Shown here piece after piece: positions 25,546-39,404 of a DNA stretch of 64,000 nt. Position 1 is the stretch's first letter; each line of letters begins with the position of its first letter. The notes beneath the pieces were generated by a model that ran no database searches, was not told the origin of the DNA, and was given only the letters and a program-made list of their open reading frames with translations. Location: assembly GCA_013265495.1 (NCBI GenBank), contig MU057984.1, positions 310,001 to 374,000 of the forward strand. Reading direction: 5' to 3'. The translations under genes and the position numbers were made by a program. This stretch comes from Vicugna vicugna. Taxonomy: Eukaryota.

Positions 25546-26799
25546 GAAATATTACTCAGCCATTACGAAAGAATGAAATCTTGGCATTTGTGACAACATG
25601 GAAGGGATCTAGAGGGTATTACTCTAAGTGAAGTAAGTTAGACAGAGAAAGACAAATACAGTTACATGATTTCACTCATATTTGGAATATAAAAATAAAC
25701 ATACAGATATAGAGAATAGAGCAGTAGTTATGGGGGTGGGGGAGTTGGGGTTAAGGGGGGACAGGCAAAAAGTGTAAAGGTGATCAACTGTATGGTGATG
25801 GATAGAAAGTAAACTTTTGGTGGTAAGGACACTCTAGGGTATACAGTAGAAGAACTATAAGGTTGTACACGTGAAACTGATATAATGTTGTAAACTGATG
25901 TTAACGTCAATAAAAAAATAAACAAAAAATCACCATAAAAATGCAGATGACTACAGGCATGTGAAAAGATGGTTAACATCGCTAATCATCGGGAAAATGC
26001 AAATCAAAACCACAATGATATCACCTCACACCTATCAGAATGGCTATCATCAAAAAGAACACAAATAACAAATGTTGGCAAGGATGTGGAGAAAAGGGAA
26101 CGCTTGTACACTGTTGGTGGGAATGTAAATTGGTACAGCCACTATGGAAAACAGTATGGAGCTTCCTTAAACAGCTAAAGATAGAACTATCATACGATCC
26201 AGCAGTTTTACTTCTGGGTATGTAATTCACTAATTCAAAACACTAATTCAAAAAGATATACGCACCCGCATGTTCACTGCAGCATTATTTACAATAGCCA
26301 AGATATGGAAACAACCTAAGTGTCCATTGATGGATGAATGAATAAAGATATGGGGTGTGTGCGCATGTATACATATATATACATGCGCATACACACACAC
26401 ACACACACACAATATACAATATGTACTTAGCAATAAAAAGAAGGAAATTTTGCCATCTGAAGCAACATGGATGGATTTGAAGGGCATTATGCTAAGTGAA
26501 ATAAGTCAGACAGAGAAAGACAAATACTATATGATATTACTCATATGCGAAATCAGAAAAACACAACAAACTAATGAATATAACAAAAAAAGATGCAGAT
26601 TTACAGATACAGGGAACAAACTAGTGGTTCCCAGTGGGGAGGTGGGGAGGAACAACATAGGTGTGGGGGGAGGTACAAACTGTTGGGTGTAAGACAGGCT
26701 CAAGGATGTACAGTACAACATGGGGAACAGAGCCAATACTTTGTAATAACTATAAATGGAAAATAACCTGTAAAATTGTATTAAAATTTTAAAAAATAA
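25348..26799 (+). mobile_element. 5'-truncated L1 (outer element hosting the previous L1)
   Basis: ORF2 C-terminal [13 protein letters not shown] and 3'UTR; flanked by agtcaatacaaatcctt (25331-25347) / agtaaatacaagtcctt (26800-26816). Confidence 0.88.
25368..25937 (+). mobile_element. 5'-truncated L1 with perfect 18-bp TSD
   Basis: L1 3' end with AATAAA and A-tail; aaaatgcagatgactaca at 25350-25367 and 25938-25955; contains (TG)n at about 25514-25542. Confidence 0.9.
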
Positions 26800-27058
26800 A
26801 GTAAATACAAGTCCTTCAACTTCTATTATAAAATTGGAGACTTACTTCCAAAGAAAGAATATCAAAGTAAGAATATCAGAGCTACAGAAGCCAAATACTG
26901 TGCAATGTAAGTATGTGCACATCTGTGTCTGTAAACACACACAATCTCAAAGAACAAGAGCTGCCAAAAGATAAAACTTGGAAGAAGAGCTGTGCTTGGG
27001 ACACTCCATGGCTTGAGAAGAGACACAAAAACATATAAAATCAGTATAATTTACTTAC

Positions 27059-27209
27059 AATGGCTTTAAAACTGACGACTTCACCCTTGAGGGCAAAAGT
27101 CATCGTAGTACCTCCTATTCCATCCTTCTGTTTGGAAATTAACAGCAGTGACGCTTCAGCAGGATGGAGGAAGTGACTGGTAAATTTCAGAGTGATGGTA
27201 GTTTGGTTT
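27059..27209 (-). CDS. CFAP47: CFAP47 coding exon (151 nt, phase 2 to 0)
   Basis: aaatag acceptor; (K)NQTTITLKFTSHFLHPAEASLLLISKQKDGIGGTTMTFALKGEVVSFKAI; donor ATT|GTAAGT; phase fits. Confidence 0.92.
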
Positions 27210-27870
27210 CTATTTAATAAAAGACAAAAGAGAAAATATTGTATTGAGAAAAAGACAACTAACAAGCCACTATTCAGTGCCGACCATGTGTTCAGGTCCC
27301 ACCCTCTGTTAATATACTCAGTTCCACAATAAAATTAAAGATTGCTGCAGATTTTAGGAAGGCTACAATTGAGTTACTGTTATCAGTCCAAACATCTTGA
27401 ACCAGTCTGTAAAACCGAAAGTTAAATTCCAAATGTATGTATAATCTACCAAACACTGGGTTTTCTAACAGCTAGCCACAGGAAATCATACATGTATTTT
27501 TGTGTGAGTTTCATAGGACATTCTGTGCTACTGATTAGGCACATTCTTAGTCACAGCACATGGAGGGAAAAAAAATGAGAAAGTAGGAATTAAGAAAAAA
27601 TACTTATAACTGGGTGAAAATAAAATTCAAACCTCAAATCAAAATAATGGTATAAGTTGCATGACTTTTATTTGAAAGATATACTTAATTAAAAGAATAA
27701 GGAAAACTCATCCATCTCCTTTAATTTTCAACTTTCTAGTGTAAAATATAGTAAAATGGTTAAGAATCTATGAGTTGGAGATTTCACTTCTCAGTTTCTA
27801 GGGGAATGACTAAATCATGGCACCCTGGCAACCGTGCATAACAACAGATACCACAGACACAAAGCTTAAC

Positions 27871-28317
27871 TGTGGTGAATGTAAGTCTTGGCAGAAAGCT
27901 CTGTGATCCTCTCATAACACAAAGCATGGAGTTTCCTGAAGCACTGCTCCAAGAACATTTATCACTTGCCCCTCTATCTTCCCTGAGAGGCTATCAGCAG
28001 ACAGTTTCTCATTGCCTCCTAGATTCTGATGAGGCCTGAGGCTTGCCACCTAGCTCCCTTCAGGGTAGAGTTACTGTCTACAAAACTGCTTAGTTGAAGC
28101 ATGAAATTGATTATAAGCAACAGGTATCCTAGTATGCATGATGCAGTCATCTGGCTTCTCTTGTTTTGGTGTCACTCTGCATAAGGGATACAGGAATCTG
28201 GGCCCTTTGGTAACTTTCACTTTCACTGTTTATGTAAGTCATGAATTCTCCAAATGAAAAATGGGCTCAATTTTTCTTTACTGGCTGAATCTTTCAGCCT
28301 TGCCTTGCCTTGCCACA
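27871..28317 (+). mobile_element. Old ERVL-type LTR (LTR40/41-like)
   Basis: TG...CA bounded, about 450 bp, ending ctttactggctgaatctttcagccttgccttg; family uncertain. Confidence 0.4.
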
Positions 28318-28656
28318 GCTGTGGGTGTTAAACCTTGGGGACATTTTTACCTTTGCTTTTTCTCTGGCTTTTACCATAGTTAGACTCATACATCATTACC
28401 ACAGTTAACTTTGTACAAACTATCACCCACTGCCTTCCCTTAGGACACACACATTCAGGAATGGAGATGGAAATAGATTCTCTCGGCATTAAACTTTGGC
28501 TTAACTTCCCCAGAACCTGTGAGGAATTTCTGTTGAATAGGTGAGTTTAGCAAGCAGCATAAAGTGAATGAAGGACTTTAAAAATTAATTGAAATCTTCT
28601 CAAAATTGTTTTTAGGGAAAATTAAAGTTCACATCTAGCAGGAGTGGGGATGATTT

Positions 28657-29079
28657 TGTTACAGAAACGACAGGTCAACCAAGAAACAAGCACCATTAGG
28701 AGGGTTGGAGTACTCAGATGTATTACGCCAGCAGGCTCAGAGGGGCTTCTGCTCAGAAGCTCTGAGCACCTCCAAGACGTGCGAATGAGGTTTGATAGGG
28801 TAAAGTACAAGCTTGGGGTATTCGGCCAATAGGCATGGAAACAGCATCTATAAAAGTGGAGGCAGGGAGGCAGCAAACCAACATTCCAAAGCCAGATATG
28901 TCTCTTTGAAAATCCAGCTGGCTAGCAAAAAACATGATCAGCAAACCAACACTAATTAACTTAGACTTCCGAGTTAGTCCAGCAGAACTCAGATCAGTAT
29001 TCCAATACTTAGATTTGTGAGTTATCTTGTTAGCCCAGCCTGGCTTTTCTTGTTAGCCCAGCCTGGCTTTTCCTTCACA
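28657..29079 (-). mobile_element. ERV solo LTR (423 bp) with 4-bp TSD
   Basis: TGT...ACA termini; ATTT on both sides (28653-28656, 29080-29083); several CpGs retained. Orientation inferred. Confidence 0.75.
29025..29072. repeat. Perfect 23-bp tandem duplication
   Basis: tcttgttagcccagcctggcttt twice, plus tc. Confidence 0.95.
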
Positions 29080-29296
29080 ATTTTATTCAGATATAATATT
29101 ATTAATCCCCTCAACTTGCACAAAAGGACATTTTCTTGGCTATTATGAAAAGCTCATAGGCTTAAATTTAATTGAGAACAAAAATATTTGACTTTGGGAT
29201 CTTTTTCTGGGTGCATATGCTCAAATTATGTGTTAAGATACCTGTGAGTGATTTAAGATTTTTCTAGATATTCTAAAATTCATTATTAGATAAAGC

Positions 29297-30080
29297 CATT
29301 CATTCATTCATTCATTCAATTGATATTTACAGAGAACTTACAATGTTCCAGACATTGTTTTACGTTTTTGAGATATAGTAATTATTAAAAATAAACCCCA
29401 CTATTCCTGATCTCTTGGAGCTTACATTTTATAGGACATGGCAGGCATTAATTATATCATCACAAAATAAATGCGAAAATTATAAATTCTGTATGTGCTA
29501 TGAAGGGGTATGAGAGCACATAATGGAGAGTGTGATATAGTCCAAAGGATATCAGAGGAAGTGATATATCAGGTGGGATATGAAGGATGAGAATGAGTTA
29601 GGCAGAACGAGCAGGGGAGGAAAGAAGGCATCCATGCCTCTAGTATAAGGACTTATGATATGTTTGAAGAACTTACCAAAGGCCAGTGGTGCTGAAGCTT
29701 AGAGAGCAAGGGTATTAGTGATGAAGATATAGCTAAAGGCCAGCCATGAAAGGCCACAGACCATGTTGAGATATTCAGTCTATATCCTAATGGTGATGGG
29801 AAGCTATTGCAGTATTTCAAACAGAAGAGTAACATGACCAAATTTACATCAAAAAAGATTATTGCTATTCTAACAGAAAGGATGGATTGCAGAGAAGCCT
29901 TTTATGATCTACTGTAGCAGCCCAGTTTAAAGATGACAGTACATGAAACTAGGATGAAAGAGGTGGGTAAGAGGGAAAAACACCAAATTTAAGATACATA
30001 AGGTAAAATTAGTATGACTAGGTAATAGATTGGCTCTCCATGGAAGATGATGAAAAAGGGTGTTGAAGAATGACCATAAT
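29297..30080 (-). mobile_element. L2 fragment (about 800 bp)
   Basis: (cattc/attc)n tail then ctgatctcttggagcttacatt...gatgggaagctattgcagtatttcaaacagaagagtaacatgacc. Confidence 0.8.
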
Positions 30081-31269
30081 CTAAATAACATGTACTAAGT
30101 AAATAAGTTCATGGAACTATATTTAAGTTCTATGAAACACGTCTTAAAATACTGTATCCTTTTTATGAAGCCGATGGTTGGTTGTAGGACCATGAAGATT
30201 TGAGCTTCTCTTGAGTGTAGATATTCCTTTTACAAATCTGGTAGTCATATTGGAGCATATGCCTTACTGAGTGTATTAGAAAGTCTAGAATCATGTGGGT
30301 CATCCACTTCACATAAGTGTCTTAGGTATCCAGACATGTGTATCATAATTATGGCCTTTATCTTAATTTTCTTACCTTTTATTTTCTCTCTGCTCCAACT
30401 GCCTTCCCTCATTTAAAAAAATCTCCTTGATATTACATGTACCTCATAAACTACTTCAACTTGGCCTTTGGAAGAGATGGAGAATAAATATATGACACAT
30501 CAATGTCAGTGCCCAGATGGCTCAATGAGAATAACGAGGAAAAAAAGAAAGAGAATCGTTTTTTCAAAGTATATTTTCACTTTTATGACAGTGACTCTAT
30601 GATTATAGCTAAATTTAGTCATCAAGTTAGATGCAGAAATATGTTTGTTTATATGTTGGTGGAGCTGTTTAATCTTTTCTGTATAAATTATATCTCAGGG
30701 AATTTAAATCCACAACTGGCAGAAAGAGCCATTATTAATCATGATTTAGACAGACTCTAAGGCAGGATGTGGTACACATAATTATATAATATATAATATA
30801 TATAATGATAATCCTACATATTTTCTTTTAGGAAAACAAAATATTTTCAGAAACCTAAGTATAAAAACTAAAGACTTCAAAATTATTTAATCGAGCAAAA
30901 AAGATATTTTTTAAAAACACTTAAAAATGGCATTCGAGCCTACAAAATAAAATGCATCTAGAAGTGAATGTCTGTTATCTATACATACTGAGAATTAAGC
31001 TTTGTATCTTCTGGGAAACTTTCTGGGGTTTCCCTAAGAACACTTAGGTGCTTCTTTTGTTTTGTATTTTCCTCTAGTTTTATACACACATCCACAAATA
31101 TAACAACTATTAAATTATATCCTCACGTGTTCGATTGTGTGGCACTCTGCTATACTATAAACCTTTGTGAGTAGTGTTGATATATTTTCATCTATGAATT
31201 ATGGGCACTTGGAATTTAGAGGATGGAGGCAAATATGTACTGCTTGTCTAAGTTCCAGTTACAGAACTA

Positions 31270-31400
31270 GATGTTTTGCCTATATAATTACATTCACCAC
31301 TGACAACACTATGGGTAAATATTCTGATCCCCATTTTCCAAATAAGAAAAATGAGGCTGAGTCATAAAGCCAACACGTGTCAGTATCTAAGCCCAGCATT
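31270..31400 (-). mobile_element. MIR fragment
   Basis: ccccattttccaaataagaaaaatgaggctgag matches the MIR core. Confidence 0.6.
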
Positions 31401-32139
31401 TAACTGATAAATGACATGATAAAAGGGTTCTAAGCCACAATGGCATCTAAAACCCAGATTCACTGCTTCTCTAAGAGAAATCTCATTAAAATGATAATAA
31501 AAGTTTGTCTGTTTTGTTTGTTTTAAAGCTACTAGTTAGAGGAAATCATCGATGAGCATCTGCACAGAGGCTAATATAAGAAACAAAGCTGCCTTGTAGA
31601 CTTCTGGAGAAGCCATTTCCAGAAATACCTAGTTATATGGAGGGCAAAATAGGATTCAGACAACCATATTCTTCCTAGGGCCAGTGTAGGATGCCAGGCA
31701 ACTGGGCATAAAAATAGAATGTTTTTCACCCTAGTGAAGTCGACCAATTGACAAACCTGTGCATATACAGGATCACAATTTAGTTGTCTATTGCCATATT
31801 ATATATAAACAAGTATCACAAGTCATTAGAGTATATCCATCAACATGAAACACTAAGACCGAGATAAATATATCAGCTGACCTCAGATAAAATAAAAACA
31901 ACAGAGGTAATAGAGAACGCAAAAGTCATAATGTAAAAGTCAGAGACATTTATGAAGATACTATAACCCTAATTTAAGAACAAGATGCTGTGAAATAGAC
32001 ATACCCAATGAAAATGAAAGTATTCTTACAAATGCATATAGATTATCTATCTATCTATCTATTTCTCTCTCTCTGGCTCTCTCTCTTTCTCTCTCTATTA
32101 CCTAAAGGAAACAGTTGGAAAAGGAGGCTTGTTGATAGA

Positions 32140-33270
32140 GGAAAAAGCAATGACCTGAAAAATATGAGTGATAAGCTAGGATACATAGAGGACCTAATTA
32201 ACAGGTTCAATATCCAACAACTAAAGGTTAGGAAATGAGAGCAGAGAAAATGATGAAAGAAATAATTTAAGACAATTTTCCAGAGCTTATGAAAAACAAC
32301 TTCATAATTAAAGGACTCACACTGTACCCAGACAGTGAATAAAAAAATGACCCTCCTTGATGCATTCCAGAACAATATCAGAACACAATGAAAGATTCTA
32401 AAAACTTCCAGAGGTGTGGGGAAACAGAATAACAGATTTTCTCATCACAAACACCAAATATTATGAGGCAGGTGGAACAATTATCTCAAGAGTTATGAGG
32501 GAAAATCCTTTCAACTTGGAAAAATACCAAGTAAATATGAATCAAGTGTAAATGTAGTCAAAAGGTATGCTGAAAAACCAAAATTTGGGGATATTTACCT
32601 CTCTCACACTTTTTAGAAGGTTTCATAAAGGCAGTTTTTTTTAGCAAATAAATGAATACACTAAGAAAGAGGCAGATGCTCATTTCTATCCAAAGAGAAA
32701 TAAACATTGACCAATACTGACATCTCTTCAATAGGTCTGGAAAGCTATCAGGCCAAATAAGAATGAAAGGTAAAGCGCTCTAGAATGTGAGATACCTGAA
32801 GGAAAGATTTTACGTACTTCTTTAGAATTTATTAATTTTCTCAGCTTAAAAAAGGAGGCAACAGATAGTTTGTATATTGATAGTATAAGAAATATTTACA
32901 ATCTACATTTGTACTCTTGGAACAGTAATGAATAGAAGATATAACTAGTGACATTTGGTGGGAGGGCAATATATCTAGAGGAATAAGTAACCAAGATCAT
33001 TAAATATTATAGCCAAACATCAAGACATTATTTCTGAAGTTGATATAACAAAAATATTGGCAAAGATACACAGATTATTTATATTTATGGAAGTAACCAT
33101 TGGAAGAACTAAAACTAGACATAGTTGAAAGAGTTAAAAGTAGGTGCTAAAGTAGTGGATCTCTGGAGGTGGGGATATCAGGGGAGAAGGACTTGCTTTG
33201 CATGTTAAACTCCTCTACATATTTGAGTTATTAAAGCAGGTGCAAGTTAAATTTTGACCAAAAAAAGATA
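32140..33270 (+). mobile_element. Ancient HAL1/L1ME-type fragments
   Basis: aggttcaatatccaacaactaaagg...gacaattttccagagc and later ORF1-like blocks, heavily decayed. Confidence 0.5.
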
Positions 33271-33699
33271 AAGAAGTTGAAAATAAGAATATATGCATAT
33301 GTACAATGTGGTCAAAATATGAATACATTTATTCATCATTACACGTGGGAGTATGTATCCATGTAAATATGCCCAGTTAATGGTCACTTGGCATGTGTTA
33401 AAAACCTCATGAAGCTAATATTTATAAATATGTCTCTATTGATATAAACCATAAAAGGTGCAATGGTAAATAAAAAGGAAAAAAAGCACTGCTAAAAAAT
33501 TAATGGGAAGTAGGCTGTTAGGTTTACCCAAGTGAAATATTCTCACAGACGAGTTCCTGGAGAAACAAAAGTGATACAATTATGTGCCACAGATCTTCAG
33601 GATTTCTTACAAATAGTCAAACCACAAATAACTGAATGCCAGGGACGTTGTATGAATATGATATAAACACACACACAGTACATGCAGCTATCAGTTAAA

Positions 33700-33890
33700 T
33701 AAGAGTGCCAACTCTGGATTTATATTGGCTGGTTTTGAATCTCTACTTCATTTAATAGCAGGGAAAAGTGAGTAAATGATACAATGTCCTTGTGCCCAAT
33801 GTTTTCTTCTATAAAATGAAGACACTAATATGGTTGCCAGGATGATTAAATATGAAAAGGTACATAAAGTGCATACTATATCATACAGAG
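33700..33890 (+). mobile_element. MIR fragment
   Basis: ttttgaatctctacttc...tgtgcccaatgttttcttctataaaatgaaga...gatgattaaat. Confidence 0.5.
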
Positions 33891-35743
33891 CACATGTTTA
33901 ACAGGTATTAAGTATTTTAATATTTACATATATACTGCATTTATTTTGTAAATATCCAATTATGCATATATTATAATAAACATATGCTTGTACATATAAA
34001 AAGACTGGAAGGAAATTAACTAATAAATTAAATGTGTTTATCTGATGAGATTCTAGGCAATTTTTGTTTTCTTTATATTTTTCTGTAACAGTCAAATTTT
34101 CAACAACACAGGTATACAGGTTTCACATTAAAAATAGAAACTATAAATGTTAGCTTCACTAACAAGACATACAGTCTTAAGCTAAAACATCAGAGGTTTA
34201 GGGCAGTTGTTAGGAAGAATTTCCATATAATGAGAGCTCTGAAATACTGGAAGAGGTTATTAGGTTTATGAGTGAACAAAGCAGGAAGAGGGGAACCTTA
34301 ATCCTTTTCATTTGTATCATCCTATTTGAAGGACAGAATAGATCTCAATGATCAAAGTACTGAGGGAAGACAAATGGTACCATGACAATATCCAAATGAA
34401 CTAGTATCACCAAAATTGTGTTTTATAGCAGACATAGAAGTATAACTAGGAAAATGAGTGGATTGTTTTTACAAGGAGTTTTATTCTGAGATATGATTTA
34501 TAATATAGAAACAGGTGAGTGGAGAATTGTTTTTCTCATATTTAATTCAATCTGGGTAGAGTTCAAACCATGAATATTCACATTTTATAAATGATATACT
34601 CCTTTAGCATGGAGCAGCAAAGCAGCAACTGAAGAAAATGAGCACAAGCTAATGACACAAGCCAAGGGCACTACTGCAACTGGGCTCCTTCACATTTTAA
34701 AACACAATTAAAAATGGCTCCCCTTTCCAATTATTTCTGTGTTTGATATACCAGAAGTAATAACGACTATAATGTGAAAGGTAATTCAGGTCAATGTATA
34801 GTTCAAAAATCAAAAAGATAACTAAATAAATAATTAGTAGTTATAATCTGTCGCTTTGCACAAGGTAAAAAATAATCAAATACAAAGGCAAAGAATAAAA
34901 TTCAAGCCTAAAATTCATTTCCTTTTCAAGTCCATTAGTGGTTATCAAATCTGTCTAACCTTGTGGTACTGACACGGCTCTTCTCATATCATCCTTGTAT
35001 TATGTAATAAGAGCATTTGCCATCATTAACACTTATTAGCATATGAAATAGGATTTGTTGATCTAGGAAGAGTAACATATTATGCTTATAATTAATTTTT
35101 GAAGACTATTCTCTGAGGTTTTCATTTGTTCTTTATTTGAGAATGGGTGAGGAGTAGAAACATTAAACAAGTATCATGTGAACAAAATCAGATAAAAATG
35201 AGACTTTATAGAATACTATCACAATTTAGGAGTGTACCAGATATACATATACAATGATTATGAAGGGCTAGAGAAAAATGGCAACATTGGGGGTGTCTTT
35301 TGAGGCAAGATAATTAGTTTTTACTTTTATTTTTCTTCCTACTTTCATAGGTTCTACATTTTCTACAATAAGTACACAGTGCTTTCATAATCAGAAGCAA
35401 CTAAATACTGTATATTTAGCACACACTGACTCCCATTTCCTGCAGGAAACAGAACTATAGTACATAAAGAACTTAGAGTCTATTCTCTGTGGAGCATATG
35501 CATGCAACATAAACTAAAATTAAATGCATACATAAAAAGCAGATGCTTTATAGTGTTAGAATTGTCTTAACAAAATTGGTGAGGGATCTCAATAATATGA
35601 ATAATTTATCTCTGTCTGGAGTGATGATCTTTTCATTTCATACTAAAAACAAATCTGGGTCACTCTTTTATAATTATAACACACATTAAATCTCTAGGGT
35701 TCATATGTTCAGTAAAACAAAATTTAAAAAAAAACAAACTTAC

Positions 35744-35859
35744 TTTGGGGAAATTGTCACAACATTCCCTTCCTGGGAGAGGGAGAAATCAGAGGCATCT
35801 CTTCCGACAATTGTAGCATTATACACTAATCTCTTGAAGCTTGGATTTTTCAGTAGAAT
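35744..35859 (-). CDS. CFAP47: CFAP47 coding exon (116 nt, phase 0 to 2), ASH/MSP-like Ig-fold region
   Basis: Pyrimidine tract ctctcttcttcttcaatatag; ILLKNPSFKRLVYNATIVGRDASDFSLSQEGNVVTISP(K); donor AA|GTAAGT. Confidence 0.9.
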
Positions 35860-38800
35860 CTATATTGAAGAAGAAGAGAGTATAAATGAGATCATGAATT
35901 TTAAAAATATATAACTTAACATTTTTTATTTTTATCAAAGAGATATTTTAATCATTATTTATTCTTAGTATACTAAATGGAAGAAAGCAGACTTTGTATT
36001 TAAAGATAGTGTGGTGTGTGTGTGTGTGTTTTTCAGAGTGGGCAGGGAGAGGAAGCTTTCAGGTAAGGACATGACAGATATAAAAAAATTTGATCATCCA
36101 AAATTTCAAGTCCAAATTTAGCAACTTGGATTTTAATCTTACTGCAAAGGGAAATCTTTGAAGAATTTTAAAAAGGGAATTTATTGCTTATATAATCCAA
36201 TTTATAAAAAGGTTAATCTGGCTGCTCAGTGTAGAAAGCATCATAAGGAGTTAAGGTTTAAAATCAGAGGTCCAAGATGAAAAGGATGGTAGCCTCATCT
36301 AGAAGTGGTAGTATAGCTAAGGGTTGGCTGTCTTTTCCTTCCTGACACCAACCATTTTTGAGAAGGAGTTACTTTATTTTCAGGGAGTATTTCATGAAAA
36401 ACGTTAAGTGCTTATGTAAACTATAATGGGGATTTTAAAAAACACACACATTAGAAAGACATGAAGTTATCATGGAAAGTAATGACCCAGAGGAGGGAGA
36501 AGACCTTGGGGAAGTAGATGACTGGCCAAACTAGAGTAAAGAAAAGATGACTGCACTTACGCGGTCCAGGAACTACAGTCATAGATAGAATGTGGTAGAG
36601 ATCTGTTCAAAGATTAACTACTTTGATATTTCAATGAGAACTTTGGTAACCTAACTACCATGACAAGTATGTTGTTGCTGAAGAGTTTCTACCTTCAGTT
36701 TTCCCACAAATTTGGGGGGTCTCATGTTGCTCACTGCCTATAGATCTCAGTAACAATGGAGGGAAGATAATGCTAGTGTTATTTGTTATGTATGTATGTG
36801 TGCATTTAAAGTATTAGTTAACAGATCTAGTGATTTAAGTCACAGAGAGCTAATTTCCATTTTCTGGAAGGAAATGTTGAAAATAATAGTAGATTCACTA
36901 TGAACTGTTATTGGTTTATAGTCCTGGAACTTCTATAAGCAGCCTTGATTGCTTAAGGAAGCTACTCACTCTCATTATGTTGAATGAATGAATGAATGAC
37001 ACAAAGGCTTTGGGCCCATCTGTGGTCATTCCACCCAACTCCTGGATTTCATGTAGAGTGGTGAGTGGCAGATGGGGAGAAAAGAAAGTCAGCCAAGGAA
37101 AGCAAGCAAGCTTTGGAGCCTCAATTCCCCTTTAGCAATGACAGCCATCCCCTTACTATTGTGCTCCTGTATAAATTTTGTTTAAAAAAAAAAAAAAAGA
37201 CTTCAACTGCTTTTAAAAATATCTCAGATCACCGCACTCTACATTTTTTCACTGATTACTACATTGTTTAATGGGCCCAATGTGTATTCTATGTTTCTAT
37301 ATGTGACATATAGCTACAAAAATACTTTTTCAATTATAGTAGCCATTGCTTCAGATTTTTCTTTCTCCTGGAGGGTTGAAAGTGTTGAGAAGGACATTCT
37401 ACGACTTAGGCACTGCCATTTACAGTGCTGTTCATGCACATGGGCACATGATGCCATAGATTCTCAGCGATTTCCAAATCAGTGATTTTCTTCAATGAAA
37501 TTTAAAATCAAAGCATCTTGTAATTGATATTTTATTTTGCATTTCTTTTCAATTTTTAGTTTCCTTCAAAAGCTGTCTGTATGTTCTCATCTATAATCTC
37601 AACGTGTAAACATTATTTCTAGTAAACAGTTAACTGTGAAAAGATTTCATGTTTCCATTTTAATATGCTTTCAGTTGATTTTTAACATTACAAATAAAAT
37701 TTATGTATAAAATGAACTTGTGTTATTAGCTACTCTTTCAAAACAATACCAATCAAATGACATAAAGAAATTCAAACATGTGGACAGGATTAGAAAACTA
37801 GTAATAATAAGTAATATTACTTAAGTGCAATAAATCACTGCTTAAATCTAATTCAGAGTCCTCCTATCTTCTGCAGGCTTAAGTAAAGCATTTCTAACTC
37901 TTCAGAAATTTGACTGTGAAGTCAGAAGGCCTCTCCAATATAATTACAGCTCTCGACTAGTTAGTACCCGAAGTCCTCAAATATCATCACACTTAGTGAA
38001 TTATCATAGAAAATACTGTTGAAAAAATTCTCTAAAGAGTTGTGTATCTCTTTTTCCAACAAAAAAGGAAAAGTAATAAAATTGAATAAAGGGATCATGT
38101 CTCAATTTTTGGTAACAGAAAATCAAGAGGAGTGGCTTTCCTTTCCCTAAATTGAGCCCTTTACATTTTGAGACAAGGACCTGACTTTTTCTTGATTTTT
38201 AACTGAATCCTTACTAACCATCACTCAGACATTCACAGATGCTGCAGTTATTTTCCCAATGAGGTTACACTGACAAATCAAACAGCACCAGGACATCTCT
38301 TTAGAAGACCAGATATGGACATGTTTTGCATTGAAAGTATAAGATTACCACCCCACAAACTGACTATGAGGAGGAATACTTTAAATAGCCTGAGGAAAGG
38401 AATAAACATGATTCGACCAAAGAGGTAAATTATCTTTCGTACATAGTAAGATTCTATCAGCCCATACTGTCCTGAGAAAGAAGCAAGGAGAGACGTGCAA
38501 GTCTGGTTGAAGATTTTAGGAAAACTAGTAAAAGGAATAGTCTTAGATAAATACAAGCAATCAAAACTTGTATGCTAGAAGATATTTCACAAGTATTCAA
38601 ATGAAACAAACTGTTTGAAAAACGAAGTGAGATTGATGATCCCTGACAAGATATTTCTCAATTAAAGTGAACATCTGCAAAACATGGACATATTTATACA
38701 GATTTTTTTATGGTCATAGGACTCCAAATTTCATTTTTATTTTTTTCCTGAATATTAAAAAATTCACTGTTACACATGTAACAGCTCCAGGATACATAAA

Positions 38801-39269
38801 ATCCTTTAGTAGGAATTAAGTGGTCCTGCTTAGGAGTGCTTTCATTATTACTTCCCTTTCCATATCCTCATCTGAAGAAAATCCATCTGGATGTGTAAAC
38901 TTCCCTAAAGGGAAGTCAGGCACACTCTGATCACAAGTTTCCACTTATGCTGTCAGTCCTTTTGTACATGAAATGGATCTCAAGTTTCCTGAAAAGATCT
39001 GTCTTCAAAGTGCTTAATTTTCATTTTCCATCTCCCCACCCTATGCCTGAAATGAATGCAAGAGTCATCATTCCATTGTGGGTGATGATTATTATTAAGG
39101 AAAACTTCTCCTTTTCACTCTGTTATACCTTTGGTTTAGAAGGAGCAATATTTGCTAAGGCTTTTGTATGATATATCACACTGATACTTTTGTTAATTTT
39201 GGAGTGGGAAAGAAACAGCTAAAACCCCGTTTAACTCCATGTATATTTTGGTCCTAATGATATCCTTAC

Positions 39270-39404
39270 CGCTGTCAGCACAGTTTCATGAAGAGTACAA
39301 TGAAAGGGCACCACCTTCTTGGGGAGATATGTAGGCAGTCTTTCATACATGTAGACACAAAACATGAGCATCAGGATTGGATTAGGATCACAGATGTCAG
39401 TGGC
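39270..39404 (-). CDS. CFAP47: CFAP47 coding exon (135 nt, phase 0 to 0), end of CH-like domain
   Basis: Not in the ORF track. Acceptor tctttgaaactag; ATDICDPNPILMLMFCVYMYERLPTYLPKKVVPFHCTLHETVLTA; donor GCG|GTAAGG. Confidence 0.92.

Noticed and set aside
19685..26736. Many 60-130 aa ORFs on both strands
   Set aside because: Nearly all overlap decayed L1 ORF2 or 3'UTR; no intact L1 ORF is present.
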